Shown here: piece after piece, positions 1 to 11,796 of the stretch
Position numbering within the stretch: the stretch's first letter is position 1
Layout of the letters: every line of letters starts with the position of its first letter
From: Octopus bimaculoides
Lineage: Eukaryota
Direction of reading: 5' to 3'
Assembly (NCBI RefSeq): GCF_001194135.2
Contig: NC_068989.1
Location: 94,314,659-94,378,658 of the forward strand
DNA: 64,000 bases
The notes under the pieces: model-generated
The model's database searches: none
Told to the model about the DNA's origin: nothing
What the model saw: the letters and a program-made list of their open reading frames with translations, nothing else
Made by a program: the position numbers and the translations under genes

Positions 1-377
1 TTTTTTAAATATAAATTTCGGTCAGCAGCACTTGTTTGTATCTGTTCATTTGTTAGGGACAACACTAAACAGCATTCGAATTATAAGAGATAGTTATTAG
101 ATGTAATCTAGAAATTCGATAAGGATTTAAAAAAAGAACAAAAGGGATTCATAAATGAAGATTCAGCCCCATTAGTTACATTTATTTTTAATCATATTTC
201 TCTGTTTCTTTTCCTACATGGTGTGTTGACGTCCTCCTCTAAACTGCTACTACACCATAAAGTGACATAACACTTTATTCCACTTGCCAATGTAGAGTAT
301 TGGCAATTGCGAATGAATTTCATCCTTCCCTGATTCTCGATGATCTACATAGGACTGCGTATTTATGAATATCATTA

Positions 378-550
378 ATATTCGTTTCTAATTTCGGCAC
401 AAGGTCAGCAATTTTAAGGTTGGAGTAAGTCGATTACATAGACCCCAGTGCGTAACTGGTACTTATTTTATCGACTCCCAAAGAATGAAAGGCAAAGTCG
501 ACCCCGGCTGCATTTGATCTCAGAATACAAAGTCGAACAAAATGCCGCCA
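378..550 (-). mobile_element. tRNA-derived SINE, family 1 (5'-truncated)
   Basis: Reverse complement matches the shared core gtcgataaaataagtaccagtt...ggggtcgatgtaatcgactta...ccttgtgcc seen at 4497, 36211 and 38740. Confidence 0.8.
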
Positions 551-667
551 CTGTTCTCCTAGATCTCTGCCGCCCTATTTCTCATTAATATTGCTGTTTT
601 TCTTCCTGTTAGTTTCTTTGTCTCCGTCTTCATGTTTCTTATAATGGCAGAATTGTTATCGCATCGA

Positions 668-843
668 AAAATTGCTTAGAGACATTTATTTCAGCTCTTT
701 AGCTTCTGAGTTCAAAGGTTGTCGAGGATGATTTTGCCTTCCAGGATCAATAAAATAAATACTAGTTGAGCACCGCGGTCGATGTAATTCACATACCGCT
801 TCCCTTATGATTGTTGATCCTGTGCCAGAATTAGAAAGAATCA
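668..843 (+). mobile_element. tRNA-derived SINE, family 1 (degenerate)
   Basis: ttctgagttcaaa...aataaaataaatactagttgagcac...gtcgatgtaat...cctgtgccagaattagaaag. Confidence 0.7.
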
Positions 844-844
844 T

Positions 845-1826
845 GTTAGAATTCACCATATCTATGCTTATTAGTGAATCCAACTTCAGGTCATATTTTC
901 TGATAATTATCGTCGACACATTTGAATGCGAGGAAGTATTTTGTGTTTCTTTATTATTTAACCAGCAACATACTTTATTCAATTCTTATGCTTCAAATGA
1001 AAAGGATGGGATGAGTAGTATTGACACCTTACCAAATACCATTACATTCTGAGTCCAAATGCTGAAGATTTCAATTTACTTATCGTTCCTTTGAAGAGGA
1101 TGAACTTTGAACCATTGTATATTTTTAACTGTAATTAAAGAATTATATATTTGACATTTTATATTTTGTTGCACACAAAGGTTTGATAACGCAAAGCGTA
1201 CTTTTGGAGTAAAACGATGCAGATTAACGAGCGTTAATACAAAATGATTGGAATGATTATACTGCACTGATGTCTCGAGTGAAAAAGCGAATTTGTTACA
1301 AATCTTCAAATGCCATACCAAAAATAATGGTTTTGCAAATCAAATTTCAAATTCTGTACACCAAGAGGAATTGAGAATGTTCATACCAATGTTATCATTC
1401 TCAGGCTTCGAAAAAGTAACATAAGAAGATTGAAATTTCGCTAAATCTAAATTGAAACATTACACCAGCCTCATATATCCCTTTGCTCTTTGTCACATGC
1501 AGCATCCTATGAAATCTACAGCATATTTCCATTTTCCAATAACTCTTACATTTCACACTGAATTGAAATCCTGATATTCTACTTTAATATTAAGATATGA
1601 AACGTCAGTTTATATATGTTTAACTTCATCATTGGTTACGTGTGTAGTATTTCTTCTGTCCAAACGATAACATATGAAACTTAGCATGGTACATGCTCAG
1701 GCAATTCATTCAAATATTCTCATCTATAACACCAAAACCTTCTCGCATGATTTTCACAGAGACACACTTCTTATGAACGCATTTCATTATCCGTTTAAAG
1801 TGGTTAGATTTCATATATATATATAC

Positions 1827-1881
<55 letters not shown>

Positions 1882-2950
1882 NNNNNNNNNNNNNNNNNNN
1901 NNNNNNNNNNNNNNNNNNNNNNNNNNNNNNNNNNNNNNNNNNNNNNNNNNNNNNNNNNNNNNNNNNNNNNNNNNNNNNNNNNNNNNNNNNNNNNNNNNNN
2001 NNNNNNNNNNNNNNNNNNNNNNNNNNNNNNNNNNNNNNNNNNNNNNNNNNNNNNNNNNNNNNNNNNNNNNNNNNNNNNNNNNNNNNNNNNNNNNNNNNNN
2101 NNNNNNNNNNNNNNNNNNNNNNNNNNNNNNNNNNNNNNNNNNNNNNNNNNNNNNNNNNNNNNNNNNNNNNNNNNNNNNNNNNNNNNNNNNNNNNNNNNNN
2201 NNNNNNNNNNNNNNNNNNNNNNNNNNNNNNNNNNNNNNNNNNNNNNNNNNNNNNNNNNNNNNNNNNNNNNNNNNNNNNNNNNNNNNNNNNNNNNNNNNNN
2301 NNNNNNNNNNNNNNNNNNNNNNNNNNNNNNNNNNNNNNNNNNNNNNNNNNNNNNNNNNNNNNNNNNNNNNNNNNNNNNNNNNNNNNNNNNNNNNNNNNNN
2401 NNNNNNNNNNNNNNNNNNNNNNNNNNNNNNNNNNNNNNNNNNNNNNNNNNNNNNNNNNNNNNNNNNNNNNNNNNNNNNNNNNNNNNTCAACGGTCAATCA
2501 TAATAATGGCCGATCATAACAATGACTGACCGGAAGTTAGAAATTCTTATTTCAAAAAAGGATGATATATATATATATATATATATATATTTATTTATAT
2601 ATATATATATAATATGTATATATATATATATATATATATGTTTTTATTTTTCATTTAGGACCAGCAAAAGGAAAAAAATAGAAAACGAAATCGCATAATG
2701 TTTTGGATTGATAAGACGGGGGTGCTTCTGAGCCGATCATTGGATTGTATTGATTTGTGTAATTTCCAATCTGCTGAATCGTTATTTTTGCTATATATAA
2801 GAACGTTGTGCTCCAGATTTGTGCGCAATAGACAACTGTATGCTGCAGTTTAAATTGGAAAATAATTATGAATTAATTGCAAGCATCTCCTTTATATAGT
2901 ATTTAGATCAGTGTTCATACTGTATTTCACATCACCATAAAAAATCGTCG
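845..2950 (-). pseudogene. RAPGEF2: RAPGEF2/6 (PDZ-GEF)-like decayed copy G: N-terminal CNB-like domain (~2700-2950), second CNB and REM (845-1420)
   Basis: Minus-strand translation with stops: FAKPLFLVWHLKIC ~ FANMTMSVRRELC; LCVQQNIKCQI ~ VCIAQQDYCRI; IEIFSIWT..VFGKVSILL ~ IEDFLLTY..VGKKLL; NKVCCWLNN ~ RVVLLWVNN; upstream LEHNVLIYSKN ~ HEANEVLYYPDD. Interrupted by a (TA)n array and N gap; cut at ~843 by a SINE. Confidence 0.65.
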
Positions 2951-3164
2951 GAGAATAAGGTAAGTAAGAATTTTAATACGCATTCAAAGCTATAGTTAGA
3001 TATTAATATACTGCAAGTGTGATAGGTGTAAGCATGTGTTTTAATGCTAGGGTAGGGGGGGGGTGATAGACAGAATCACAACACCAGATTTTCTGCAGAT
3101 GTTGCTGGCTATGGGATTTTGTTTTCTTTTTCGTGTATCAAGAAAATGGTCACCTTCTTTTACG

Positions 3165-3420
3165 TTAGTGTCGTTTCTGATATATCAAACACTTCATAAA
3201 ACTGCACTGCACCTTAATGGAATATAACAGATGTTCTATTTTCGGTAGGAATGTCTTTTCTGTTTCTGTTAGGTATACGTCCATCCTAAAGGTGGCAGTT
3301 CTGGAGATCATATCGAGTTGAATCAGGCCTTGACCTCTGCAAGCTCTAGGTAGAGCCAGCAAGTCGATATCTTTCATGTGATGTGTCATTTTTATGGTTA
3401 GCATCTTAGTATAGGCCTGG
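3165..3420 (-). mobile_element. R4/Dong-type (RLE) non-LTR retrotransposon remnant, post-RT region
   Basis: KMLTIKMTHHMKDIDLLALPRACRGQGLIQLD resembles the clade motif KLLTMHRMHHPKADVDRLYLPRKEGGRGLIQLE. Confidence 0.7.
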
Positions 3421-3526
3421 TGTCAAAGAGACTACGCTACCAATGAGAAAGGTTAAAAGAACAAAGAGTTATATCAAGCTTTGAGCCTATATTAGGAATT
3501 AGCATAAAGGAAGTTACTAATTATAG

Positions 3527-3720
3527 GCGCAGGCGTGGATCTGAAGTAACAAAGTTGACTCTCAACTACATAGTTCCGTATTCAGTTCCACAGAGTGGCA
3601 CGTTGGGCAAGTGCCGACTAAAGCCTTGTGAGTAAATTTGGTCGATGGAAACTGAAAAAAGCCCGTCGTATATGTATGTCAATATATCTATACATCTATA
3701 TGTGTGTGTATGTGTGTGTG

Positions 3721-3756
<36 letters not shown>

Positions 3757-3968
3757 TAGTTTTTGTCTATCCTGCATCACAGATTGACAACCTCCTTTGG
3801 TGTGTTCATATCCTTGCAACGTAGCAGTTCGTCAAAAGGAAACGATAGTGTAAGTATACCAGACTTAAAAGCATTAATGACATGGATCCCTTTGACTAAA
3901 AATCCTTCAAGGCAGTGCCCCAGCGTGGCCTCTGTCAACTGACTGAAGCAAGTAAAATATAAAATAAA
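3527..3968 (+). mobile_element. tRNA-derived SINE, family 2, near full length with internal (TG)n
   Basis: Head ggcgcaggcgtgg...gttccgtattcagttccac, core ggaaactgaaaaaagcccgtcgtata, tail aaggcagtgccccagcgtggcc; homologous to 7070 and 16909. Confidence 0.8.
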
Positions 3969-4030
3969 ATCTCTAGAATTAAAATATTAAACAAAACCTG
4001 GGAATGTGAATAATCTCCTCAGACTTCAAT

Positions 4031-4285
4031 TCATGATGTTAATCGAGTGAATGCTTTTAAACGAGGAACACCAGATTCATTAATTTGTATTAATGTGCAA
4101 CTTAAGAGGAGTCCTTTAGGAAATGTGCTGACGCTAATGTTTATGTAGTGCGTAGCTGACAATAAACTTGATTGCTCTTTTATATCTATGCAGTTGCTAA
4201 TGAATGAAATACGTTCAGCATCTAGATTTAGACGGGAACTGAGTGCGAAGTATTCACACAATTGACTAAACATTTTGCTCACCAA
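4031..4285 (-). pseudogene. RAPGEF2: RAPGEF2/6-like RasGEF (CDC25) domain fragment (3' part of copy K)
   Basis: ORF 4031-4285: CEYFALSSR ~ TEYIDDLFKLRS; THYINISV ~ KHFIKIAL; SCTLIQINESGVPRLKAFTRL ~ [24 protein letters not shown], in collinear order. Confidence 0.6.
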
Positions 4286-4496
4286 TTTATAATTGATAAT
4301 TTAGGAAATTGTTTTTTCTGGATTGACAATGCAGCCATGATTGAAATTGCGTACTCTATTCGGTTATTGGCCGAAATCCTATCGGTTTTTCTTGTATAAA
4401 ATACAATTTTGTGTAATCGTTGTTCTAGCATAAAATTTAGCATTCAATAAACTATATCTCGCTATACATTTGAAAACTTAATATGTTTGTCATTAC

Positions 4497-4718
4497 TAAG
4501 ATGGTGATCTGGCAGAATCGTTATCTTGCCGGACGAAATGCTTAGTGGCATTTTGTCCGTCTTTACGTTCTGGGTTCAAATTGCACCGAGGTCGATTTTT
4601 ACCTTTCATCATTTCAGAGTCGATAAAATAAATACCAGTTGAGCAATGGGGGTCGATGTAATTGACTTACCCCTCCCCCCGAAATAGCTGGCCTTGTGCA
4701 AAAATTCTAAACCAATAT
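4497..4718 (+). mobile_element. tRNA-derived SINE, family 1, full length
   Basis: gatggtgatctggcagaatcgtt (A-box-like) ... gggttcaaatt (B-box-like) ... ggccttgtgcaaaaattctaaaccaata. Confidence 0.85.
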
Positions 4719-4789
4719 AAATGTTAATATGAGTTTGTGTAAAATTTCAATCAATTAATTTCGAAGTCTGTATCAATCCGGAAAATCAT

Positions 4790-6110
4790 ATTTTTTGTAA
4801 AATAAGAAACATCTTTATGAAGTACAACTGAATAATGATTTTGCGATTTGTAAAACTCTTATAGCTCTCCATGAGGAAAGCATCAAGACCAAAGAAAAAA
4901 AATTGTTAGAGTCCTTAAAGTTCCAGATTAGTTTACGGAGTCCACTAGATTTATGCTTTCGATTGTATTTGAAGGGAGGGAAACGTTTAGCCAGTCTGGA
5001 TTTCAAAAGTGTAGAAGCAAGTTCTATAAAAATAAATTCCTTGTTACCAGAGGTAACTTTGCATTGGTATAAAGCATTTTTAATTCGTCAGTTTCCATTT
5101 AGGACACAGGTTTCATTAGGGCCACAATTGCAAATGCTGGTTACATTGATGTTATCATTTTAAAGAGAGATTATCGTTAATATTATTGTTAGTGTTAATA
5201 AGATAACCAGAATTATTAGGACAGAAATTGTAACCTCTTAGGATACGGCTGTTATGGAACAATATAATTTGTGAGCTATTGTTGGTGTTAGAGAAACCTG
5301 CTCTGATACGGTGTGTGTTGAAAATCGAGTGGTATCTTGGTATAGCTTGACGAGTGGTATAGCTTGGAGAGTGGTATAGCTTGACGAGTGGTATAGCTTG
5401 ACGAGTGGTATAGCTTGACGAAATAATAGGGGAAGGATACTTGTTTACCGTATGGAATAATCAACCAAATATTTTGATGAGAATTGTGTAATTCTTTGCG
5501 AGATTTATTATTAAAAATCTAGTGTTATTATTGTAGCATAAAATGGAAGAAAAAGCATAGTTACTTCCCTTTCACTAATTATTTTTAGGAATACGAAGGT
5601 AAGGAGAATGGATAGTTACGTGGAATTGGGTATTATTTGGAATATTGATAATGGTAGGATCAAGATATGTACTGTTGTTGTTATTGTGTCACTATTATTA
5701 TTGTTATTACTGCTGGCTGTTATTGTTATCGGTATAATGGGTGGGGGCAAAGTGGTTATCATATTTAATCTGTTCCTTATATCCTGTTTTATATAAAGCT
5801 GAGTAATTAAAGTCAGTGTTACTATTTGAAAACGGTTTCGTTGGCAGATAATTTAGTAATTCTATGTGATATTATGTTTTTAATTAAGTGTTTTGTTATA
5901 TTGTTATGGAGATTACTAAAGACGCTGATGTATTTCAGGTTAGTAGAAGGTTTAGGGCATGGAAAATACAAAGCCGTATTTAAGTTTAGAGTAAGATCGT
6001 GGAAGTTAACCTTAGGGAATTGGTCTTCAAGTTCGGATAGAATATAAATTCCGCACAAATCCGAAGCTTGAGCGGAATCAGAACTTCCCATTGGAATATC
6101 GAAGCAATCA
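4790..6110 (-). mobile_element. Penelope-like element remnant (RT C-terminus + GIY-YIG endonuclease)
   Basis: MGSSDSAQASDLCGIYILS ~ MGSFDGAEICELVGLYIL; VNFHDLTLNL; SNLHNNITKHL..RITKLSAN; NETCVLNGN..KNALYQCKV; KHKSSGLRKLIWNFKD ~ KHRNSTGLSKHIWxLKD. Frameshifted. Confidence 0.85.
5326..5420. repeat. 17-bp tandem repeat (cgagtggtatagcttga) x ~5 inside the Penelope ORF
   Basis: Directly visible head-to-tail units with no unique spacers. Confidence 0.95.
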
Positions 6111-6514
6111 GGTCGATCCTTACGAATCTATAGTCCATTTCTTTCTCTTTTTCTACCCTTATCTATATAATTTACCCATTACTCTCTCTCCTCTTTCTCT
6201 CTCTGTCTCCCGGTTTTACCTTGTTTTCTTTTCCGCCCTCCCTATCTTTCTATACCTTTTCTTCTTCTCTCACTCAATGAAGTATATGTCCTTAACGAAA
6301 CTCTTAAATTTTTAGCGTCTCCTCAATACTTGGCTTTCTATATACGCATATGCGCATATACCTGGCTTGACTCCTGTATATATGCATGCTATGTTTGTAT
6401 ACGAACATGCATATGTGCTTAAGTAAATGTGTATCTGCGTATGTATGCATGAATGTGTATATGTTTGCATACATTCATGTTCGTGTTGGTAAAATATAAG
6501 TATGGATAGATAAG

Positions 6515-6565
<51 letters not shown>

Positions 6566-6646
6566 ATATATGTATATATATGAATATTTATATATATATA
6601 CATGTATGTATGTGTGTATGTATATATGTATGTGTATGTATATATG

Positions 6647-6717
<71 letters not shown>

Positions 6718-6770
6718 GTATGCATGTTACACATCTGCGTGTGTGTACGTGTGCGTGCATATGCATATGA
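6515..6770. repeat. Compound (TA)n/(TG)n microsatellite
   Basis: Directly visible. Confidence 0.95.
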
Positions 6771-7069
6771 ATGCGTCATATTTTCTAAGGCTTCCTTTTT
6801 CTGTGTGTTATTATTTATATCTGAGATTGATGCATAGCTGACGATAATTCTTCCTGTCCGACGTATTTTGAATACATCCATCGAAACATATGTAGAAGAT
6901 ATGAATGTATTAATAACATCCTGAGTGTTTTTCCAATAATCTCCTGAATACGTCTTATTTATGCCGGAATCAAACCACATTTTAGCAACATTTTAGCTAC
7001 CTTGTAATTATTCACGTGGATATTTCCTATAAATTACACGCTCATTCATACATACAAACACACATATAG

Positions 7070-7378
7070 ATGCGGGAGTGGTTGTGTGGTAAATAGCTTG
7101 CTTACTAACAACATGGTTTCAGGTTCAGTCCCACTGCGTGGCAACTTCGGCAAGTGTCTTCTACTGTAGCCTCGAGCCGATCAAACCTTGTGAGTGATTT
7201 TGGTAGACGGAAACTGGAAGAAGCCCGTCGTATATAAATAAATATATATGTATATATATCTGTGTGTATATATTTCTGTGTCTGTGTTTGTCTCCCCGAC
7301 ATCGCTTGAAAACCGATGCTGGTGCATTTACGTCCCCGTAACTTAGCAGATCGGTAAAAGAACCCGATAGAATAAGTA

Positions 7379-7380
<2 letters not shown>
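7070..7380 (+). mobile_element. tRNA-derived SINE, family 2 (3' end lost in microsatellite/N gap)
   Basis: gggagtggttgtgtggtaa ... caggttcagtcccactgcgtggca ... agacggaaactggaagaagcccgtcg. Confidence 0.85.
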
Positions 7381-7426
<46 letters not shown>

Positions 7427-7706
7427 NNNNNNNNNNNNNNNNNNNNNNNNNNNNNNNNNNNNNNNNNNNNNNNNNNNNNNNNNNNNNNNNNNNNNNNNNN
7501 NNNNNNNNNNNNNNNNNNNNNNNNNNNNNNNNNNNNNNNNNNNNNNNNNNNNNNNNNNNNNNNNNNNNNNNNNNNNNNNNNNNNNNNNNNNNNNNNNNNN
7601 NNNNNNNNNNNNNNNNNNNNNNNNNNNNNNNNNNNNNNNNNNNNNNNNNNNNNNNNNNNNNNACACACACACACACACAAACACACACACACGCACGCAC
7701 ACACAC

Positions 7707-7740
<34 letters not shown>

Positions 7741-7819
7741 TGTGTGTGTGTGTGTGTGTGTGTTTGTATGTGTGTGTAAGTGCGTGTGAAAGAGTTATTA
7801 CCAATATAACTGTTTACAT

Positions 7820-8600
7820 AGAAGTAGGTGTTAGACCGACACTTGGCATGAAAGCAAAGTTTGCCGAGAACGTTTCCTTGTGTCTTATACTAAATTGAGT
7901 TACGTCAGCCAATTTGCCATTATTTATAAGAAAGTCATTTACTCATCATATTCGCGAAACATGTATCTGTGAAACATCAACGTCACGTTACTTGAATCTG
8001 ATTCTGGCTGGACATTACAATTAGTGGCAAGTCACCTCTTTGGTGTAAATTTATTATGCTTGTATATCCAGTTGCTCTTACATGGTACTGGTCACACTGT
8101 ACGGTGACGCAGATTCGATCCGGGAACTAAATGCATCAGGAGCGAACATTTCATTCAAATATCCTTACTGGTGCTGGTCGGTATTTTTTTGTTTACTTTT
8201 CTTTTGATTTTGTTTTAATATTCATTATCATGATTCATCCCATAGATAAATATTCTATCGTTGATCACAATATATTTAATTGAAATTACAGTCAGATGCC
8301 TTTCTGTCTGTATTCTTATCATGAAATTATATATAGTGCACGTGCTGCAACATTAAACTGAAATATTAATGTTTTCGCTTCGAGCATTTAAAAACCATCG
8401 GGGTACGATACATCGAAAATTAATTTTAGTTCTAAATCAAAATTGATTACATTTTAATAGTATGAATTTATATTTCTTGACAACATTGGTTATGAATTTT
8501 TGTTGTTTCGTATCAAGGACAATTCCTCATTCATGTGTAATGCCACAAAGAACACTAATGGTGGTCACAGTAATCACTGTGAGCGTCGGTGCAATAATGA
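7820..8600 (-). pseudogene. RAPGEF2: RAPGEF2/6-like CNB + REM fragment (5' part of copy K)
   Basis: DVSYPDG (~8391-8415) ~ EVTYPDG; RKASDCNF..NDRIF ~ RTKVDDCQF..YCRIL; LLMHLV (~8123-8142) ~ LTMHLV; FREYDE*MTFL ~ FNDFEGDPAMTRFL; LNLV*DTRKRSRQTL ~ LNIACAAKAKRRLMTL. Several stops. Confidence 0.7.
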
Positions 8601-9100
8601 TTCGATAAATGTGTCTAATGAGCAGAGGAAAGCTACATGTATCTCCACTGTCGGAAACAAATGAAGCAACGTGAGCAGAATCGCATAGTCCGTTATCTGA
8701 TCATCTGTTTATCTTACGCTAACATACGCCTGTCATTTTCAATGCAAGACGATATGATTTATTCTTAGGAACCGTAAAACTCTCTGTAATTACTATGTGT
8801 TGATAAACTGACACCACAGTGAACTGAGAATTATAAAGAAAATATAATGAATAGAAGAACTTGAAGTATTAATGTATAAAGCGTAAAATCTCACCGTGTG
8901 ATAAAATAATTGAAATTCTATAAGATATATACATTAGTTATATAAGCGTAGGTTAACATTAGATGTTGTTAATAAGAGGACATAAGAGAGATTCCGATAC
9001 ATATATCACTGCTGAGGCGTCTCAAATGTGTAATGTTTATCACACCATAAAATACATAGGAGAAAATAAAGCTGTTATATACGCTGTCATTATATATACA

Positions 9101-11121
9101 TTAAAACAATTTTGAATATAATTCACTGAATAACATTATGTTGATATTTTCATATTCTCGAGTCGAGCGATCAGGTTCTGCCCTATCAACCAAGTGAATA
9201 TCAGTTCTAACCCTCAAATTTCCGTCGCCTTCGTAAAGAAAATCTAAAAATGGCACATTCTTCGTATTTGTAGAGGAGTAATGATAGTGAGTAAATAATA
9301 TGATTCTATGGAATACGTCTGCTGTAGAATATCCTGTTAACTCGAGATGTCCTCTCAGACTTCTTTGCATTTGGAACGGTGTTAGGAGGATAAGAAAAAC
9401 ATGTGTAGTTTTGTCAAGTCATTTGTAATGAACGGACGTGACTTTCAGGGGATGAAATGTCATACATAAAATAGCTGTGAGTTATTTCGTGCAAATCCTG
9501 ATTGTGTGCATGCGACCATAAATTTAGTCTACGTCTTGGAGTGAAGGTATGTGTGAGTGTGAGCATGTAACTCGTTGTAACTTGCAATATGTATGTGTGT
9601 ATATGTATTATTTGTTGAGCAGTTTTCGATGATCCTCTTAAGTGTTTTTTTTTACTGCAAATGTTCAAGCATGGGTGTGCGATTAGTATTATAATTTATT
9701 TGTATGTACAATGTGTGTGCAAATGCTATTTATGTGCAAGTTTATAAAATGTATTATGTTCATTGCAAGCGACTTGATTGTAGTGTTATATAGACGTGGT
9801 ATGGGAGTGATATGAATGTGTCAATATTGAGGATGTGTGCGCGTATGTGCATGTGTATGTGTGTGTTTGTGTATGTGTATGTTTGTGTGTGTGTGTGTGT
9901 CTGTGTGTGTGTTTATCTGTCTGTCTGTCTGTGTGTCTGTGTCTGTGTCTGAGGCATCAAATGTTGAGGAAATAATGTGCGTGTCAATGCAAATTGTCAT
10001 GGTAGAGTCGATCAGAAACTAAAATTTCAAGAATAAAAATGATAGACTGTTGTCAGTCTATATTGAACAGGGAGAGATGGTGTGTGCAGTGACCGGCTGA
10101 ACAAACACAGCATGTAATGAGGCAAGGTGATTTTATGAAGAGGGATGTACTTTAAGCTCTTGATCAAGCGATCAGTTAAGCGTCCATTGGTCTTCTCACC
10201 TTATGAGCGATTGTAAAGGGGGGTGGGATTTTCAGAATTAAAAGAGAGATTAAAATGCAGGCGGAGACCCTTATATAGAAATGTTGGGGGGTTATATCTG
10301 GTGAGGAAAGTAACCTTAATGAAGGAAGAAGATGTGTTCCAGTAGAGATGGAAGAAGAGATCCGATACACTGCGAGATCCTATACGAGCAAGTAGTTCAC
10401 TCAGAGCATGCGCGTGTTTAAACGATGAGAAGGTTGGAGTGTTAGAATAAGCGGGAAGTGGTGATCCGGATGGAAAATTCGGAAAAAATGGAAATGTGGA
10501 AGATTCGTTGGATTGCGGTTGTGGCTGGAAAGAGTTTGGTAAAAGGTAACGGTGGACGTATTGTCAACACAGGCCTGAATGAAGGTCTCTTGACTTGGGG
10601 AGTATCTGCGTCCAGTAAAGTGCTGGACCATAAATTGGGATTATGTGGCCAAACAGGCGTACTATTGTATCATTTCACGGCTCTATGAACACCGAAAACA
10701 ATTAAGGAACGCATAGTGCCATTTTTTGCAAAAAGTTTAAGTTACTCATATATTTGCAAGCAGACACGTTGTAATTGTGGCGCAGATGAGAATTTAAAGA
10801 CGGAAGCGTATAAATGAACTGTAATTTGCAATGGTGACAGGAGTTTGAAGATCTGGTGTGTAGATCTAGACTCACTCTTGGCCGATTACAATATCGAGAG
10901 AAAAAACGTTGCCTACTTCCCATCTATCGCTCATCACACCTCGTTAGAATAAAGAAATACGAAATGAAGTGATTTCCTCGAGGATATAAATCTTTTCTCG
11001 GTCTACGGATTGAATCCACAAGCTTACGTTCATGAGCAAAAAAACAACTAGTGGCACTTGGCCGCGCGCCTTCATCCCGAATAGATTTACACAAAGAAAA
11101 GGGAAACATTTGATTTGTCAA
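9101..11121 (-). pseudogene. RAPGEF2: RAPGEF2/6-like decayed copy F: REM and start of PDZ (10702-11121), RasGEF domain (9101-9668)
   Basis: ORFs 10924-11121 and 10702-10923 are one frame split by a single stop: ERKLVDSIRRPRKD ~ GKKLLEWFNDPSLRD; GNHFISY ~ NNHFNDF; ER*MGSRQRFFSRYC ~ EREKMGGHLRLLNIAC. 9414-9668: RRLNLWSH ~ RLRTTWEK. 9101-9370: LDFLYEGD ~ LTFLHEGN; LRVRTDIHLVDRA ~ LRMIAKEIRHVGRMA. A Penelope remnant lies between the two parts. Confidence 0.75.
10090..10690 (-). mobile_element. Degenerate Penelope-like element fragment
   Basis: AIQRIF..., FKHAHALSELLAR ~ FKRAHNLRDLLVR, GEKTNGRLTDRLIKSLKYI ~ GETGRRLxDRFxEHLRYI (GIY-YIG). Confidence 0.6.
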
Positions 11122-11624
11122 TCTCTCGCTGTTGCTTATTTACTGTCTATGCTTTTAAAAGACTAGTGATTACATTTTTGCTGAATATATTATAGAAAAG
11201 AAGCCAATCAATAGAAGATTTCAGATTTGGTTCACTATAGATTATCGTTTACACTATGTAATTGTCATATTTCCATTTTCTGATATTGATAAAACATATA
11301 CCGCCCAAAGATTCGTATAATACAGTCTTTGTCTAATATGTCGTATGCATTGAATGGTTAGTTACATATGGTGTTATTCTGTACAATTCCAATCATCATA
11401 TGTCTTGCAGTAATAAATTTTTACAAATAAAAATTCCTACATTGGTTTTCCCCTCAGATGATTCTTTATAAATAGAACAAAATCTACAGCAATTCTTACA
11501 AATTGATATTTCATCGACTTAAGTAGATAATCTTTCTTCTGTTTGAGAGAACATCTTGGGGAAATGACCACCATAGCTCTTGAGCATATTTAACTCTAAC
11601 TCAAGAGCTATGAAGTGGTTGGTG

Positions 11625-11682
11625 TGTATGTACACACACACACACACAAACACACACCCACACACACACACACACACACACA

Positions 11683-11760
<78 letters not shown>

Positions 11761-11785
11761 TGCATGTATGTATATATATATGCAT
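11625..11785. repeat. (CA)n/(TA)n microsatellite
   Basis: Directly visible. Confidence 0.95.
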
Positions 11786-11796
11786 AGAAGTTTATA

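Noticed and set aside
5326-5420. CRISPR-like array
   Set aside because: Head-to-tail 17-mers without unique spacers, in eukaryotic DNA with no cas genes.
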